Assembly (NCBI GenBank): GCA_040880305.1
Contig: JBBDIP010000044.1
Span: 15,914 to 79,913 of the forward strand
Origin: Bacillota bacterium
GTDB lineage: Bacteria > Bacillota > Sulfobacillia > Fermentithermobacillales > Fermentithermobacillaceae
Direction of reading: 5' to 3'
Length of the DNA stretch: 64,000 bases
Shown: in pieces, positions 1-9,725 of the stretch
How positions within the stretch are numbered: position 1 is the stretch's first letter
Layout: each line of letters opens with the position of its first letter
Made by a program: the position numbers and the translations under genes
Notes under the pieces: generated by a model
Seen by the model: only the letters and a program-made list of their open reading frames with translations
Told to the model about the DNA's origin: nothing
Database searches by the model: none

Positions 1-489
1 AGCCTACAAGTGGTGGGGGCGCCCAAGTTTGACGAGAAAGACCTTCAGTTCGCCAAGAAACTGGCCGAGAGCTTCGATGCGGCCAATATGGAGCAGATGG
101 CTCGCAACCCGGATTTCAAGGATCTGAAGGGACAGGTCCTCAACACGACCCTTGTGCCTCCGGCGGGCAAAGGCAGGGCTGGAGGCGGTTCCACAGACGT
201 TGGCGACGTGTCATGGATCGTTCCGACGGTGCAGATGTCGGCGGCAACAGTGCCGCTCGGCTGCCCGGGCCACTCGTGGCAGAATTGCGCTTCCTCGGGC
301 AGTTCGATCGGGAACAAGGCCATGCTGGTGGCCGCCAAGACCATGGCTCTGTGCGGCCTCGACCTCGTCACGCACCCCGAGGAGATCAAGAAGGCCAAGG
401 CCGAGTTCGATGAGAAGACCAAGGATCAGCCCTATGAATGTCCCTTCCCCAAGGGGAGAGAACTGCCACTGAACGAGTTCTTCAAGTAG
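1..489 (+). CDS. C-terminal fragment of an M20-family amidohydrolase/peptidase (AbgB/hippurate hydrolase-like); the 5' end lies outside the window
   Basis: The ORF is open from position 1 in frame 1. The C-terminal sequence resembles M20 metallohydrolases (GCPGHSWQNCASSG...). The stop is at 487-489 and a hairpin terminator follows. Confidence 0.55.
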   Translation, partial: SLQVVGAPKFDEKDLQFAKKLAESFDAANMEQMARNPDFKDLKGQVLNTTLVPPAGKGRAGGGSTDVGDVSWIVPTVQMSAATVPLGCPGHSWQNCASSGSSIGNKAMLVAAKTMALCGLDLVTHPEEIKKAKAEFDEKTKDQPYECPFPKGRELPLNEFFK

Positions 490-510
490 ATCGCTGGACT
501 CTCGGATATA

Positions 511-545
511 GGGGCGGCCGGCTTTGGCTGGCCGCCCTTCTCAAT
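511..545 (+). terminator. Rho-independent terminator candidate
   Basis: GC-rich inverted repeat GGGCGGCCGGC/GCTGGCCGCCC followed by a U-rich stretch (TTCTCAATTCTTCT). Confidence 0.4.
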
Positions 546-592
546 TCTTCTGTGGCCTTTTGGGGAAAGACAACGGTAGGAGGCTTTGCCCA

Positions 593-2677
593 ATGACCAC
601 GCCGATACGCACGTCAAACCACCTGGCGGGCCAAAAGAGCCCGTACCTTTTGCAGCACGCCCAAAACCCGGTGGACTGGTATCCCTGGGGTGATGAGGCG
701 TTTTTGAAGGCCAGGTCAGAGGACAAACCCGTCTTCCTTAGCATTGGCTACAGCACTTGCCACTGGTGCCACGTGATGGCGCGCGAGTCCTTCATGGATG
801 AGAAGGTGGCTGACCTGCTTAACCGGGCATTTGTCGCCGTGAAGGTCGACAGGGAGGAGCGCCCCGACGTCGACCACGTCTACATGAACGTGTGTCAGAT
901 GCTCACCGGCAGCGGCGGGTGGCCCCTGACGGTGCTCCTGACCCCGGATAAGAAGCCCTTCTTCACCGGCACCTACTTTCCCAAGGACAGCCGTTTCGGC
1001 CTGCCGGGCCTCTACGATATCCTGGACGTCATCGCGTCAACCTGGTCTTCGGACCGCAGCGCTTTGGAGGAGCAAGCGGACAGGGTATACGCAGCGCTGA
1101 AATCGGCGGGAGAGTCCTTGACGTCGCAGGGACTGCATGACCTGCCCAAGCCCGCTCCCGGCGGTACGCCGTTTGAGGCGGTCATCGACAAAGCGTACCG
1201 GGACCTCTCCCAGTCCTTCGACCAGGACAACGGAGGTTTCGGAAGCGCCCCCAAGTTCCCTAGCGTCCACACGCTCACATTCCTTCTCCGGTATTGGAAG
1301 CGGACAGGGCAGAAGCGCGCCCTCCAGATGGTCGAAGAGACGTTGCGCCATGCGTATGCAGGCGGGATCTACGACCACGTGGGCTTCGGGTTCTTCAGGT
1401 ATGCGACCGATACAAAATGGCTCGTCCCCCACTTTGAGAAGATGCTCTACGACCAGGCCATGATGATGATTGCGTTTACCGACCTGGGGCTTGCGACCAA
1501 GAAGGACGCATACCGAGACGTTGTGTATGAGATAGCCACTTTTCTGGAGAACGAGATGAAGTCGCCTGAGGGTGCCTTCTGGTCGGCGGTTGACGCGGAA
1601 TCGGAGGGCGAGGAAGGCAAGTTCTACGTCTGGACGCCCGATGAGGTGGCAGAGGTTCTGGGTCCTAAGGAGGGCAAGGCCTACTGCCAGGTTTACGGCA
1701 TAACCGCGGAGGGTAACTTTCACGGCAAGTCGATCCCCAACCTTGTGCCGGCAGGCGGCAGGCCAGACGCGCCAGCGCGGACCGAGGTGGACATCGGGCG
1801 CGGCGGCGCCGTGTCGGACAAGAACCGGCGAAAGCTATACGCGGCGCGCTCACTTCGCGTCCACCCGGGGGTCGACGATAAGGTGCTTACTTCGTGGAAC
1901 GCCCTGGCCATAGCCGCTCTTGCCAGGGCGGGACGCGCGTTCAACGACCCCGCGTTCACCGATACAGCGAGCGAATGCCTATCGTTTCTGGAGAGGAATC
2001 TGGTCAAAGACGGCGAGGTCTATGCCCGCTTCAGGGATGATGAGGTCGCCTACCGCGGCTACCTGGACGACTACGCATTCCTGATCTGGGCCTACCTGGA
2101 GATGCGTGAGGCCACCTTGGATACCCGATACCTTACGCGGGCTCTGGAATTGTCGCTGCGCATGGTGGAGCTGTTCTGGGACGACGAGGCTCATGGCTTC
2201 TTCGTGACCGCAAAGGACGCCGAGGAACTCCTGGTGCGTCCCAAAGAGTTTTGGGACGGAGCGATACCGTCGGGCAACTCGGTGGCTGTCACGGACTTGC
2301 TCCGAGTCGGGCATCTCCTGGAGAGGGATGACCTTGTTGAGATCGCCTACGCCGCCATGGAGGCGCTTATCCCTGCGATGCGAAGGGAAGCCGTTGGCCT
2401 ATGCCACCTCATATCCGCCGTCCTTTATGCGGAGGGCGGGGCGCAGGACGTGGTGGCTACCGGGCGCAAGGATGACCCAAACATGCAGGCGATGATCTCT
2501 TACATCAACAGCGTGTTCCTGCCTCACGCGCAGGTGGTGTTCGCGGAGGGACTGTCAGCGCCCGAGCGACCGACGCTAAGGATCTGTCAGCGTAAGACGT
2601 GCGGGCCGCCGCTGACTTCTGTGGACGCTCTGCAGAAGGCACTGCTGGTGCCGCCGAAGCCGCAGCTCCGGTCGTGA
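593..2677 (+). CDS. Thioredoxin-domain protein of the DUF255/YyaL family (thioredoxin-like N-terminus plus six-hairpin glycosidase-like C-terminus)
   Basis: N-terminal motif [46 protein letters not shown] is typical of DUF255. A GGAGG RBS lies 8 nt upstream of the ATG at 593. The ORF track extends to 524, but that part is probably untranslated. Confidence 0.8.
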   Translation: MTTPIRTSNHLAGQKSPYLLQHAQNPVDWYPWGDEAFLKARSEDKPVFLSIGYSTCHWCHVMARESFMDEKVADLLNRAFVAVKVDREERPDVDHVYMNVCQMLTGSGGWPLTVLLTPDKKPFFTGTYFPKDSRFGLPGLYDILDVIASTWSSDRSALEEQADRVYAALKSAGESLTSQGLHDLPKPAPGGTPFEAVIDKAYRDLSQSFDQDNGGFGSAPKFPSVHTLTFLLRYWKRTGQKRALQMVEETLRHAYAGGIYDHVGFGFFRYATDTKWLVPHFEKMLYDQAMMMIAFTDLGLATKKDAYRDVVYEIATFLENEMKSPEGAFWSAVDAESEGEEGKFYVWTPDEVAEVLGPKEGKAYCQVYGITAEGNFHGKSIPNLVPAGGRPDAPARTEVDIGRGGAVSDKNRRKLYAARSLRVHPGVDDKVLTSWNALAIAALARAGRAFNDPAFTDTASECLSFLERNLVKDGEVYARFRDDEVAYRGYLDDYAFLIWAYLEMREATLDTRYLTRALELSLRMVELFWDDEAHGFFVTAKDAEELLVRPKEFWDGAIPSGNSVAVTDLLRVGHLLERDDLVEIAYAAMEALIPAMRREAVGLCHLISAVLYAEGGAQDVVATGRKDDPNMQAMISYINSVFLPHAQVVFAEGLSAPERPTLRICQRKTCGPPLTSVDALQKALLVPPKPQLRS

Positions 2678-2685
2678 CGCCGGTC

Positions 2686-3642
2686 TCACGACCGCCTGTC
2701 TACGACCCCCCGAGCGATCGCCGCCAACGCGGATTTGGCGAGGGAAGGCAGGAGGGCGTTCAGACGGGACTCGGCGGATAGGGCGAGGACCCGGGCGTTT
2801 TCCCGGGCGCGGTCGATGCAGTCGCTTTGCTCGCAGAGAGCTCTGATTTCGGTCACGGTATCGCCTTCGACGCTCCTTTGGCCGAAGGCGCGCTCCAACA
2901 TCCCGCCCGCCGGGCCGGCCATCGCCATGATAAGCGGCAGTGTGAGTATCCCCCTGCGGATGTCGTTGCAGGACGGCTTGCCTGAAGTCGCGGAGTCCGA
3001 CGTGAGGTCTATCACGTCGTCGACAATCTGAAAGGCGCACCCCAGTTCAATGCCGAAACGCAGCATGGCCTCCTCGACTTCCCTGGTCGCCCCTCCCAGG
3101 ATGGCTCCTGCCTGGCAGGCTGCCCCGATGAGGGCGGCGGTCTTGCGGCAGATGTGCGACAGGTATTCACGCTCGGAGACTGTGCAGTCGAAGAGGCGGC
3201 TGTCCTGGGCGACTTCGCCCTCGCAGGTGAGTTCTATCGCCTGATTCACCAAAGAGGCTATGCCCAATCCCGAGTACTTGAGGGCGATCTTGTTGGCCCT
3301 GGTGAAGAGGTAGTCGCCTGCCAGCACCGCTGAGTGGATCCCCCAGATCAGGTGGACTGTGGGCAGAGCGCGGCGCTCGGTCGCGCCGTCGATAATGTCG
3401 TCGTGGACCAACGAAGCCATGTGTACCAGTTCGAAGGCGGCTGCCACGTTGAGCACGTCGTCGTCAGCAGGTTCGGCCCCCGAGGCGCGAGAGCAAGCCT
3501 CGGACGTCCACATCACAAGATGCGGACGGAGCCTTTTGCCGCGGGTTGAAGCCAGATAATCCACCAGTGGCTGCAGTGGACCGGCGTCCTCCAGGAGTTC
3601 GCGCATCTTGCCTTCAATGGCTGCGTTCCAATCTGAGGGCAA
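2686..3642 (-). CDS. Trans-polyprenyl diphosphate synthase (heptaprenyl/octaprenyl-diphosphate synthase family)
   Basis: Two aspartate-rich motifs are present: LVHDDIIDGATERR (first DDxxD) and FQIVDDVIDLTSDS (second). Confidence 0.8.
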   Translation of the reverse strand: MPSDWNAAIEGKMRELLEDAGPLQPLVDYLASTRGKRLRPHLVMWTSEACSRASGAEPADDDVLNVAAAFELVHMASLVHDDIIDGATERRALPTVHLIWGIHSAVLAGDYLFTRANKIALKYSGLGIASLVNQAIELTCEGEVAQDSRLFDCTVSEREYLSHICRKTAALIGAACQAGAILGGATREVEEAMLRFGIELGCAFQIVDDVIDLTSDSATSGKPSCNDIRRGILTLPLIMAMAGPAGGMLERAFGQRSVEGDTVTEIRALCEQSDCIDRARENARVLALSAESRLNALLPSLAKSALAAIARGVVDRRS

Positions 3643-3748
3643 CGGCCTTCCGGTCTGCGGTTGCGTCTTCGTTCCAACCCACCCCGTTCGTAGGGAAACT
3701 CCGGCTTAGTATCCCTTTGGGCGGATGGGGTGATTCGCGGGCGCTACC

Positions 3749-4234
3749 TCAGTAGGCGGACGGCAGCGCGTAGCCTTCGTGCCGGAGGAGCAGTCTCTTG
3801 GCGGGGAGGCCGCCGCCGAAGCCGCCAAGGCCGTTTTGGGCCAGCACCCTGTGGCACGGCACGATGATCACCACGGGATTGCGGGCACACGCGTTCCCCA
3901 CGGCTCTGGCGGCCTTGGGGGAGCCCAGCCGCTCCGCTATCTGCGCGTAAGTCATGGTATGGCCAAAGGGGATAGATAGGAGGACATCCCAGACCTTCTT
4001 GTGGAAGATTGGCCCCACAAGGCCCACCGGCACCGTGAATTCCCTGAGATCCCCGGCGAAGTAGCGCTCCAGTTCGCCGGCTACCCGGAGCAGTACGGCA
4101 AGATCGCCGGCTTCCTCCTCCGTAAGCGACTCGGGACCGCGCCTGAACTCGATGGCGCCGATTTTGCCGTTCTTCGCCGAGAGGTACAGCGGGCCGACAG
4201 GAGAGCCTATAGTTATGCAGGCTATTGTCATCAC
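3749..4234 (-). CDS. ogt: Methylated-DNA-[protein]-cysteine S-methyltransferase
   Basis: Active-site PCHRV motif (IIVPCHRVLAQNG) and the HTH-like YAQIAERLGSPKAARAVGNA segment. The length of 161 aa fits. Confidence 0.85.
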   Translation of the reverse strand: MMTIACITIGSPVGPLYLSAKNGKIGAIEFRRGPESLTEEEAGDLAVLLRVAGELERYFAGDLREFTVPVGLVGPIFHKKVWDVLLSIPFGHTMTYAQIAERLGSPKAARAVGNACARNPVVIIVPCHRVLAQNGLGGFGGGLPAKRLLLRHEGYALPSAY

Positions 4235-4848
4235 CCCCGTTAGAATGTCGCGCAGGTTCTGTGGGTTAGGATTCTAGAAGAACGTGCAAAAAACCTGTTG
4301 CGTACATTCAGGTGTTCTGCTAATATACGTGCAATATCCAGAGCAAGCAGGTTTGTCCTGCTTCAAGGAAGTGTACCTAGGGTTCCGCGTCCCAGTATTC
4401 GAAAGATGCTTATTGGGGCGGACAGGACCGAGCGGTACAAGCTTTGCCAGGCAAAGCACACCGTGGGGATAAAAAACCCGTGCGGAAAGTTCCTTGTACC
4501 GGCAACGGCGCAAGGCTTGCTGCGCGGGTTTATCTTTATGCACCGATTGCCGGGCAGAAGGGGGGTGATAGGATTGGGGATTACCGTGATTTCGAAGAGT
4601 CCCGAGGGTCTCGTGGGCTTTGCGTCCCTGGTGAAGTGCGGGAGAGGCCGGGGCACCAGGTCCCATGGAGCGATAACGCCCATGTAGATCTCGCCCCCAC
4701 GAACCCTAGCGCCGATGCCCGATGCGACCTCCCAAAGGAGGCTATGCTCGGCGGCAATGCGGGTACCTCTTCCATCTTCGCTCTAACCCATTCCATTGGC
4801 TGAGCTTTGCTTTACCAGGAATTCCAAACAAACAGGGGGTTAGACAGA
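4235..4848 (+). promoter_or_regulatory. Long (~610 nt) non-coding leader with lower GC and multiple stem-loops upstream of the membrane-module operon; candidate promoter plus cis-regulatory RNA
   Basis: There is no convincing ORF. The region is AT-richer than its surroundings. Long-range complementarity exists (AAACCTGTTGC...GCAAGCAGGTTT, AGCAGGtttgtCCTGCT, AACCCGTGCGG...CCGCGCGGGTT followed by TTTATCTTT). An AGGGGG RBS precedes the ATG at 4849. Confidence 0.3.
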
Positions 4849-5597
4849 TGGATAAGAACCTTGCTCTCGCTTTCCTTGTGATCTTCGCTGTCGCCAGTTA
4901 CTACGGGATGGTGAGGACCAACAAAGGAATGCACATCCCTATCCGCCGCGTGCCTGGGCTTGACGCGATAGAAGAAGCCATTGGTCGCGCGACGGAGATG
5001 GGGAGGTCATCACTCTTCGTTATCCCTTCCGGCGCCTTTGACGCCCAGGCGTTTGCTGCCTTCGACATTTTGGGCTACGTCGCCAAGCAGTCCGCCAAGT
5101 ATGATACCCGGCTAATCGTGGTCAACGGCCTTCCCGAGGCCCACGCAATATCCCAAGAAGTGGTCCACCAGGCTTATGTCTCGGAGGGTAAGGAGAGCAA
5201 GTACGACTCAAACGACATGCTCTTCCTCTCCAGCGGCTTCAACGCCGGGGTCCTCGGCATCTACGAGCGCGAAAAACTCGGCGCCAACTTCATGTTCGGC
5301 TCATTCTTCTTTGAAAGCCTCACGCTGGCCGAGGCCGGCTCCCGCACCGGCGCCATCCAGGTCTCGGGCACCGCCAACACCCATCAGCTCCCGTTCCTTG
5401 TCGCAACCTGCGATTACACCCTCATCGGCGAGGAGATATACGCGGCGGGCACTTACCTCTCACGCAACGGAGCTCAGATAGGCAGCCTGGTCGCTCAGGA
5501 ACTCGGCAAGTACGCGAGCATCGGCGTGATGCTCTTCGGTAGCCTTTACTTGACTCTGACTTCACCGGCCGTGCGACGTCTGGCCGGGAAGTTCTAA
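4849..5597 (+). CDS. Hypothetical bitopic membrane protein (N- and C-terminal TM helices flanking an ~180 aa domain); module A1
   Basis: Starts MDKNLALAFLVIFAVASYY (TM) with an AGGGGG RBS. It resembles ORF 6231-7073 in architecture and weakly in sequence. Confidence 0.6.
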
Positions 5598-5610
5598 GGG
5601 GGTGGCTTAA

Positions 5611-6231
5611 GTGAAACGCACAGTCCCGCTTCTCATAGGTTTCATGTCCGGCGCGATCGTACTCGCCAAGTACTTCATCGCCAACAAGGCGCTCGGCACC
5701 TGGGGGGCCACTATGGTCTCCTGGCGCACCATCGTAGCGGCGTTTGCCCTCGGCGTCGGAACAGTCAACCTGGTACAGATGCACCTGCGGAAAGTCACAC
5801 GCAGGCAAAAGGGTTGGGACTCCAGCGTCTTGCTGGTCATTTCCCTCGTCGGGTTCACGGCTATCGGCTTAACCAAAGGCACGACGAATCCTGTCTACAA
5901 GTGGGGGTTTGACTACCTCTACCAGCCAATCTACTCGGCCATCTCCTCACTTCTGGCTTTCATGATCACATCGGCGTCGTACAGGGCCTTCAAGGTCAAG
6001 GATTGGCAAGCAGGCGTGCTAATGGTGACTGCGGTGATTGTGATGCTGGGGCAGGTAGGAGTCGGGAGCCTCATCTACAAGGGGATCCCCTCTTGGTCCC
6101 AGTGGATCATGAGCGTGGTCAACCTCGCCGGCATGCGGGGGATCACAATCGGCGGAGCGCTTGGCGCCGTGGCCCTGAGCCTGCGGGTACTCCTGGGGCT
6201 CGAGCGCGGTTATCTTGGAGGTGACCGCTAA
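5611..6231 (+). CDS. Hypothetical polytopic membrane protein (about 5-6 TM); module A2
   Basis: Hydrophobic segments are spread throughout. The gene is tightly packed, 13 nt after the previous gene. Confidence 0.6.
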   Translation: MKRTVPLLIGFMSGAIVLAKYFIANKALGTWGATMVSWRTIVAAFALGVGTVNLVQMHLRKVTRRQKGWDSSVLLVISLVGFTAIGLTKGTTNPVYKWGFDYLYQPIYSAISSLLAFMITSASYRAFKVKDWQAGVLMVTAVIVMLGQVGVGSLIYKGIPSWSQWIMSVVNLAGMRGITIGGALGAVALSLRVLLGLERGYLGGDR

Positions 6232-7073
6232 TGGCCTGGTACATGCGTATCCAAAGCATCAGCAAGACGGCCATATGGGTGGCGCTGGTCGTCGCTTTTG
6301 TCGTCCCGTTGCTCCACCCACTGGGGCTGCCGCTCAACATCACGCCGGCGACCACCGCGGCGTACAACCTGGTAGACAGCCTTGAGACGGGTAGCATAGT
6401 CTTCCAGTCAATCGGGTTCAACCCGGCCGTCGATGCGGAGACGTGGCCGCAACTGGTGGCCCTCTCACGCCACTATATGTCCAAGGGCCTGCGGGTCATC
6501 TACTTCCCGACCATGCAGGAGGGCGGCATGTACGCGGAGAGGATAAAGGCTACCGTGGCGCCGGACTACAACTACACGTACGGCGCTGACTTTGCGATCC
6601 TTCCCTTCAAGGCGGGCGGCGAGACCACGATCGCCGCGCTACAGGACTTCTACTCCCTCATGACGGTCGACACTTACGGGACCGCCCTCACGAGTCTCCC
6701 TCTCTTCGGTGGCTTTGCAGGTATGCAGGACGTGGATGTCCTCGTCGCAGTGACCGGCGGGGAGGACCCGGTGCACTTCGTCAAGTACATCGAGCCCGTT
6801 TTTCACACCTCGATCATAGCCTGCGGGACGGCGCCCCTGCTGCCGGTGATCGGCCCGTACGTTGCAGCCAAGCAGATAAAGGCGACGGTGATCGGCCTAT
6901 CCGGCGCGGCCGAGTACGAAGCGCTGGCAAAGGTGCCGGGCACTGCCACCGGCGCCATGGACGCGCAGGCGGTCGGCCACATCCTGATAGTGTCGCTGAT
7001 CCTGCTGGGCAACGTGGGCTTCTTCTTCCAAAAACGGTACGGCAAGGTCGCGGAGGTGGCGCAAAATGGCTGA
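6231..7073 (+). CDS. Hypothetical bitopic membrane protein; module B1 (paralogue-like of 4849-5597)
   Basis: The start overlaps the preceding stop (ATGG). There is an N-terminal TM (AIWVALVVAFVVPLL), a central soluble domain and a C-terminal TM (ILIVSLILLGNVGFFF). Confidence 0.6.
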   Translation: MAWYMRIQSISKTAIWVALVVAFVVPLLHPLGLPLNITPATTAAYNLVDSLETGSIVFQSIGFNPAVDAETWPQLVALSRHYMSKGLRVIYFPTMQEGGMYAERIKATVAPDYNYTYGADFAILPFKAGGETTIAALQDFYSLMTVDTYGTALTSLPLFGGFAGMQDVDVLVAVTGGEDPVHFVKYIEPVFHTSIIACGTAPLLPVIGPYVAAKQIKATVIGLSGAAEYEALAKVPGTATGAMDAQAVGHILIVSLILLGNVGFFFQKRYGKVAEVAQNG

Positions 7074-7698
7074 CAAAATCGGGATCCTCCTGTCGGGACT
7101 CTTGATCCTCGCGGTCTACAGCTACCTTTTTCGGGATAGCAGAGCCTACTCGTACGTAGAACACATCTACGTAGGCTTTGTGGCGGCGCAGGCGATCGTG
7201 CTGGGTTGGCAGAATATCCGTGACGGAGCGCTGAGGCCGCTCCAGAAGGGACAATGGACCTTCCTTATCCCTGTGGCGCTAGGATTGCTAATGTACGCAA
7301 GGTTCTGGAAGCGGATCGGCTACCTGACGCGCCTTCCCGTGGCTTTCATGATGGGGGTGGCCGCCGGGGTGACCATCACCGGAGCCATCGTGGCGCAGTT
7401 CGTGACGCAGGTGCGCGCGACCATGCTCCCCCTGGTTAACGTGAACAACGTGATCATCGTGGTCGGGACAGCTTGCACGCTTTCGTTCTTCCTGTTCATC
7501 CCCCTGGGTAAGCACCTCGGGAACGGCAGCGGGGCGGGGCGTTTCTCGCCCATGAATGTGATGAGCAACATCGGCCGTGCGACTATGATGGCCGCATTCG
7601 GGTCCTCGTACGGGTTCATCGTGATGTCCAGGCTGTCCTACCTGGTCGCGCGACTGCAGTTCCTCTTGGGGACCTGGACTCAGGCTTTGACAAGATGA
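7066..7698 (+). CDS. Hypothetical polytopic membrane protein; module B2 (paralogue-like of 5611-6231)
   Basis: It overlaps the previous gene by 8 nt. It is ~210 aa with 5-6 hydrophobic helices. Confidence 0.6.
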   Translation: MADKIGILLSGLLILAVYSYLFRDSRAYSYVEHIYVGFVAAQAIVLGWQNIRDGALRPLQKGQWTFLIPVALGLLMYARFWKRIGYLTRLPVAFMMGVAAGVTITGAIVAQFVTQVRATMLPLVNVNNVIIVVGTACTLSFFLFIPLGKHLGNGSGAGRFSPMNVMSNIGRATMMAAFGSSYGFIVMSRLSYLVARLQFLLGTWTQALTR

Positions 7699-9443
7699 AG
7701 AGAGGAGAGTTACGAATGGTAGAAGGATTCGCCTGGGATAAGTACCTGAAGCACGGAGAACTGACCGCTTTCCTCAAGGAGCTTTGCGAAAAGTATCCCG
7801 ACTTGGCGGCCATGTACTCCATAGGGAAGACCTGGCAGGGAAGGGACATCTGGTGCATCGAGGTCACCAACAAGAAGACCGGGGCGGCGCAGGATAAGCC
7901 GGGCGTCTACGTCGACGGCAATACCCACGCGGGCGAGGTCACCGGCTGCATGATTTCCCTGTACACGGCCTGGCAGTTGCTTTCTCAATACACCACTGAC
8001 AGCAAGATCACGGAGTTGGTCGACACCCGGACCTTCTACATCATACCGAGGCTGTCGGCGGACGGCGCGGAGCTCTATCTGACCGAGCCCTATATCCCCA
8101 GGTCAAGCATCCGTCCGTGGCCCTACCAGGAGGAGCAGGACGGTCTGTACCCGTACGACGTCGACGGCGACGGCATAATCGCTCAGATGAGGGTCGCCGA
8201 CGAGAATGGGGACTGGCGGGTCTCGGAAAAGGACCCCAGGGTCATGGTGCGCCGCAAGCCCAACGAAGTGGGCGGCAAGTACTACGCGCTGTTCGGCGAG
8301 GGTTTGGTCAAGAGCTGGAACGGCGTCGAGATCAAGAGCGCCCCGTCCAAATGGGGACTGGACGTAAACCGCAACTACGGGGCTAATTGGCAGCAGGACT
8401 ACGTCCAGCCCGGCGCCGGCCCGTACCCGTTCTCTGAGCCCGAGTCACGGTCTGTGGCCGAGTTCTTTGAATCCCACAAGAACATAACCATCGCTCAGTC
8501 CTGGCACACGTTCAGCGGCGCTGTCCTGCGTCCGCCGGCCTCCAAAGCCGACAAGGACATCTCGCCCAAGGATCTGAAAGCGCTGAAGGAGATCGGCGCC
8601 GTGGGCACCGAGGCGACAGGATATCCCTGCGTGGGAGTCTATGAGGACTTCGCTCTGTCGAAGGACATCGTAGGCAAGCGCCCCCTTTGGGGCTCGGCGC
8701 TTGAGTGGATGATGGAGCACGCCGGCGTCATCGCCTACTCGACCGAGGTTTGGGATATGCCTAACCGGGCAATCGGCAGGCTCGACACGTATAAGACCCT
8801 CATGGACTGGACCGAAGACGAGCAGATCACGATGCAGAAGTGGAACGACGAGAACCTGGGCGGCGAGGGGTTCATCAACTGGCGCCCGTTCGACCACCCG
8901 CAGATTGGCCAGGTTGAACTGGGAGGCTGGAAGCACAAGTTCGTAATCCAGAATCCCCCTCCTAAGTTCCTTGAGCAGGAGTGTCAGAAGAACGCCAAGT
9001 CGGTCATCGAGATGGCGCTGACGACCCCACTTGTCAGGATCACCAAGCTCACCGCCGAGAAGGTGCAGGAGGGCGTCTACAGTGTGAAGGCCGTTGTCCG
9101 CAATATGGGCTACCTGCCCACCAACGTGACAGACCAGGCCGTCAAGAACAGGAAGGCCGCCAAGGTCAAAGCCGAGGTCAAGTTACCCGCTGGCTGCGGG
9201 GTAGTTGCAGGCAAGGCGGAGGTCGAACTGGGTCACCTGGAAGGGCGGCTCGCCTTGGGCAGGGCCTTCGGCGGCGCAAGCCAGGCCGGAACCCTGGTCC
9301 AGTGGGCGGTGAAGGTCGAGGCGGCGGCGCAGGCTGGGCAGTCTGCTCAGACCGGGCAGGCCGGTAAGGCTGCTGTGACCGTCACGGTCAGGGCAGGCAA
9401 CGAGCGCGGCGGTTTCGATAGCAGGACGGTGGAACTAGCGTAA
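7695..9443 (+). CDS. M14-family zinc carboxypeptidase homologue with no signal peptide and a ~200 aa low-complexity C-terminal extension
   Basis: M14 signatures are present: an N-terminal propeptide-like region (KTWQGRDIWCIEV), the zinc ligands HxxE (VDGNTHAGE), a later His (SWHTFSG), and a catalytic Glu region (YSTEVWD). The start overlaps the previous gene. The C-terminus is Ala/Gln/Gly-rich. Confidence 0.75.
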   Translation: MKRGELRMVEGFAWDKYLKHGELTAFLKELCEKYPDLAAMYSIGKTWQGRDIWCIEVTNKKTGAAQDKPGVYVDGNTHAGEVTGCMISLYTAWQLLSQYTTDSKITELVDTRTFYIIPRLSADGAELYLTEPYIPRSSIRPWPYQEEQDGLYPYDVDGDGIIAQMRVADENGDWRVSEKDPRVMVRRKPNEVGGKYYALFGEGLVKSWNGVEIKSAPSKWGLDVNRNYGANWQQDYVQPGAGPYPFSEPESRSVAEFFESHKNITIAQSWHTFSGAVLRPPASKADKDISPKDLKALKEIGAVGTEATGYPCVGVYEDFALSKDIVGKRPLWGSALEWMMEHAGVIAYSTEVWDMPNRAIGRLDTYKTLMDWTEDEQITMQKWNDENLGGEGFINWRPFDHPQIGQVELGGWKHKFVIQNPPPKFLEQECQKNAKSVIEMALTTPLVRITKLTAEKVQEGVYSVKAVVRNMGYLPTNVTDQAVKNRKAAKVKAEVKLPAGCGVVAGKAEVELGHLEGRLALGRAFGGASQAGTLVQWAVKVEAAAQAGQSAQTGQAGKAAVTVTVRAGNERGGFDSRTVELA

Positions 9444-9568
9444 CAGGGAGCCGGTGCCAGCTGCCTCATGCGTCGGATCGGCACGAGGCAGACGCTGCTC
9501 GTGCGCAGCAGATCGCTTCGAGTCGGCCGCGGTGCATAAACCTGTTCCGTCCGTCGCAGTATAGTCAC

Positions 9569-9628
9569 GGGGCGTAACCCGAGCTCAACGCATGCAACAG
9601 CCCTCGGGTCTACGCCCCACCGTTTTTG
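9569..9628 (+). terminator. Strong hairpin plus T-tract terminator downstream of the M14 operon
   Basis: GGGGCGTAACCCGAG ...19 nt... CTCGGGTCTACGCCCC, followed by ACCGTTTTTGA. Confidence 0.5.
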
Positions 9629-9725
9629 AGCGCCCTCGAAGTTTGCATAATGGGCAAGGAACCTTCGACTGATCGACCTACCGGGCGACCCACTGTCTCG
9701 CCGGCCTGTCGACCTGTCGGCCAGA

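Noticed and set aside
1037-1723. 228-aa minus-strand ORF inside the DUF255 gene
   Set aside because: It is antisense to a gene with strong family motifs. It is a GC-rich spurious ORF.
4298-4687. 129-aa ORF within the long leader
   Set aside because: It has no RBS, the sequence is Arg/Gly-rich and not protein-like, and it overlaps predicted RNA hairpins. The region is more plausibly non-coding.
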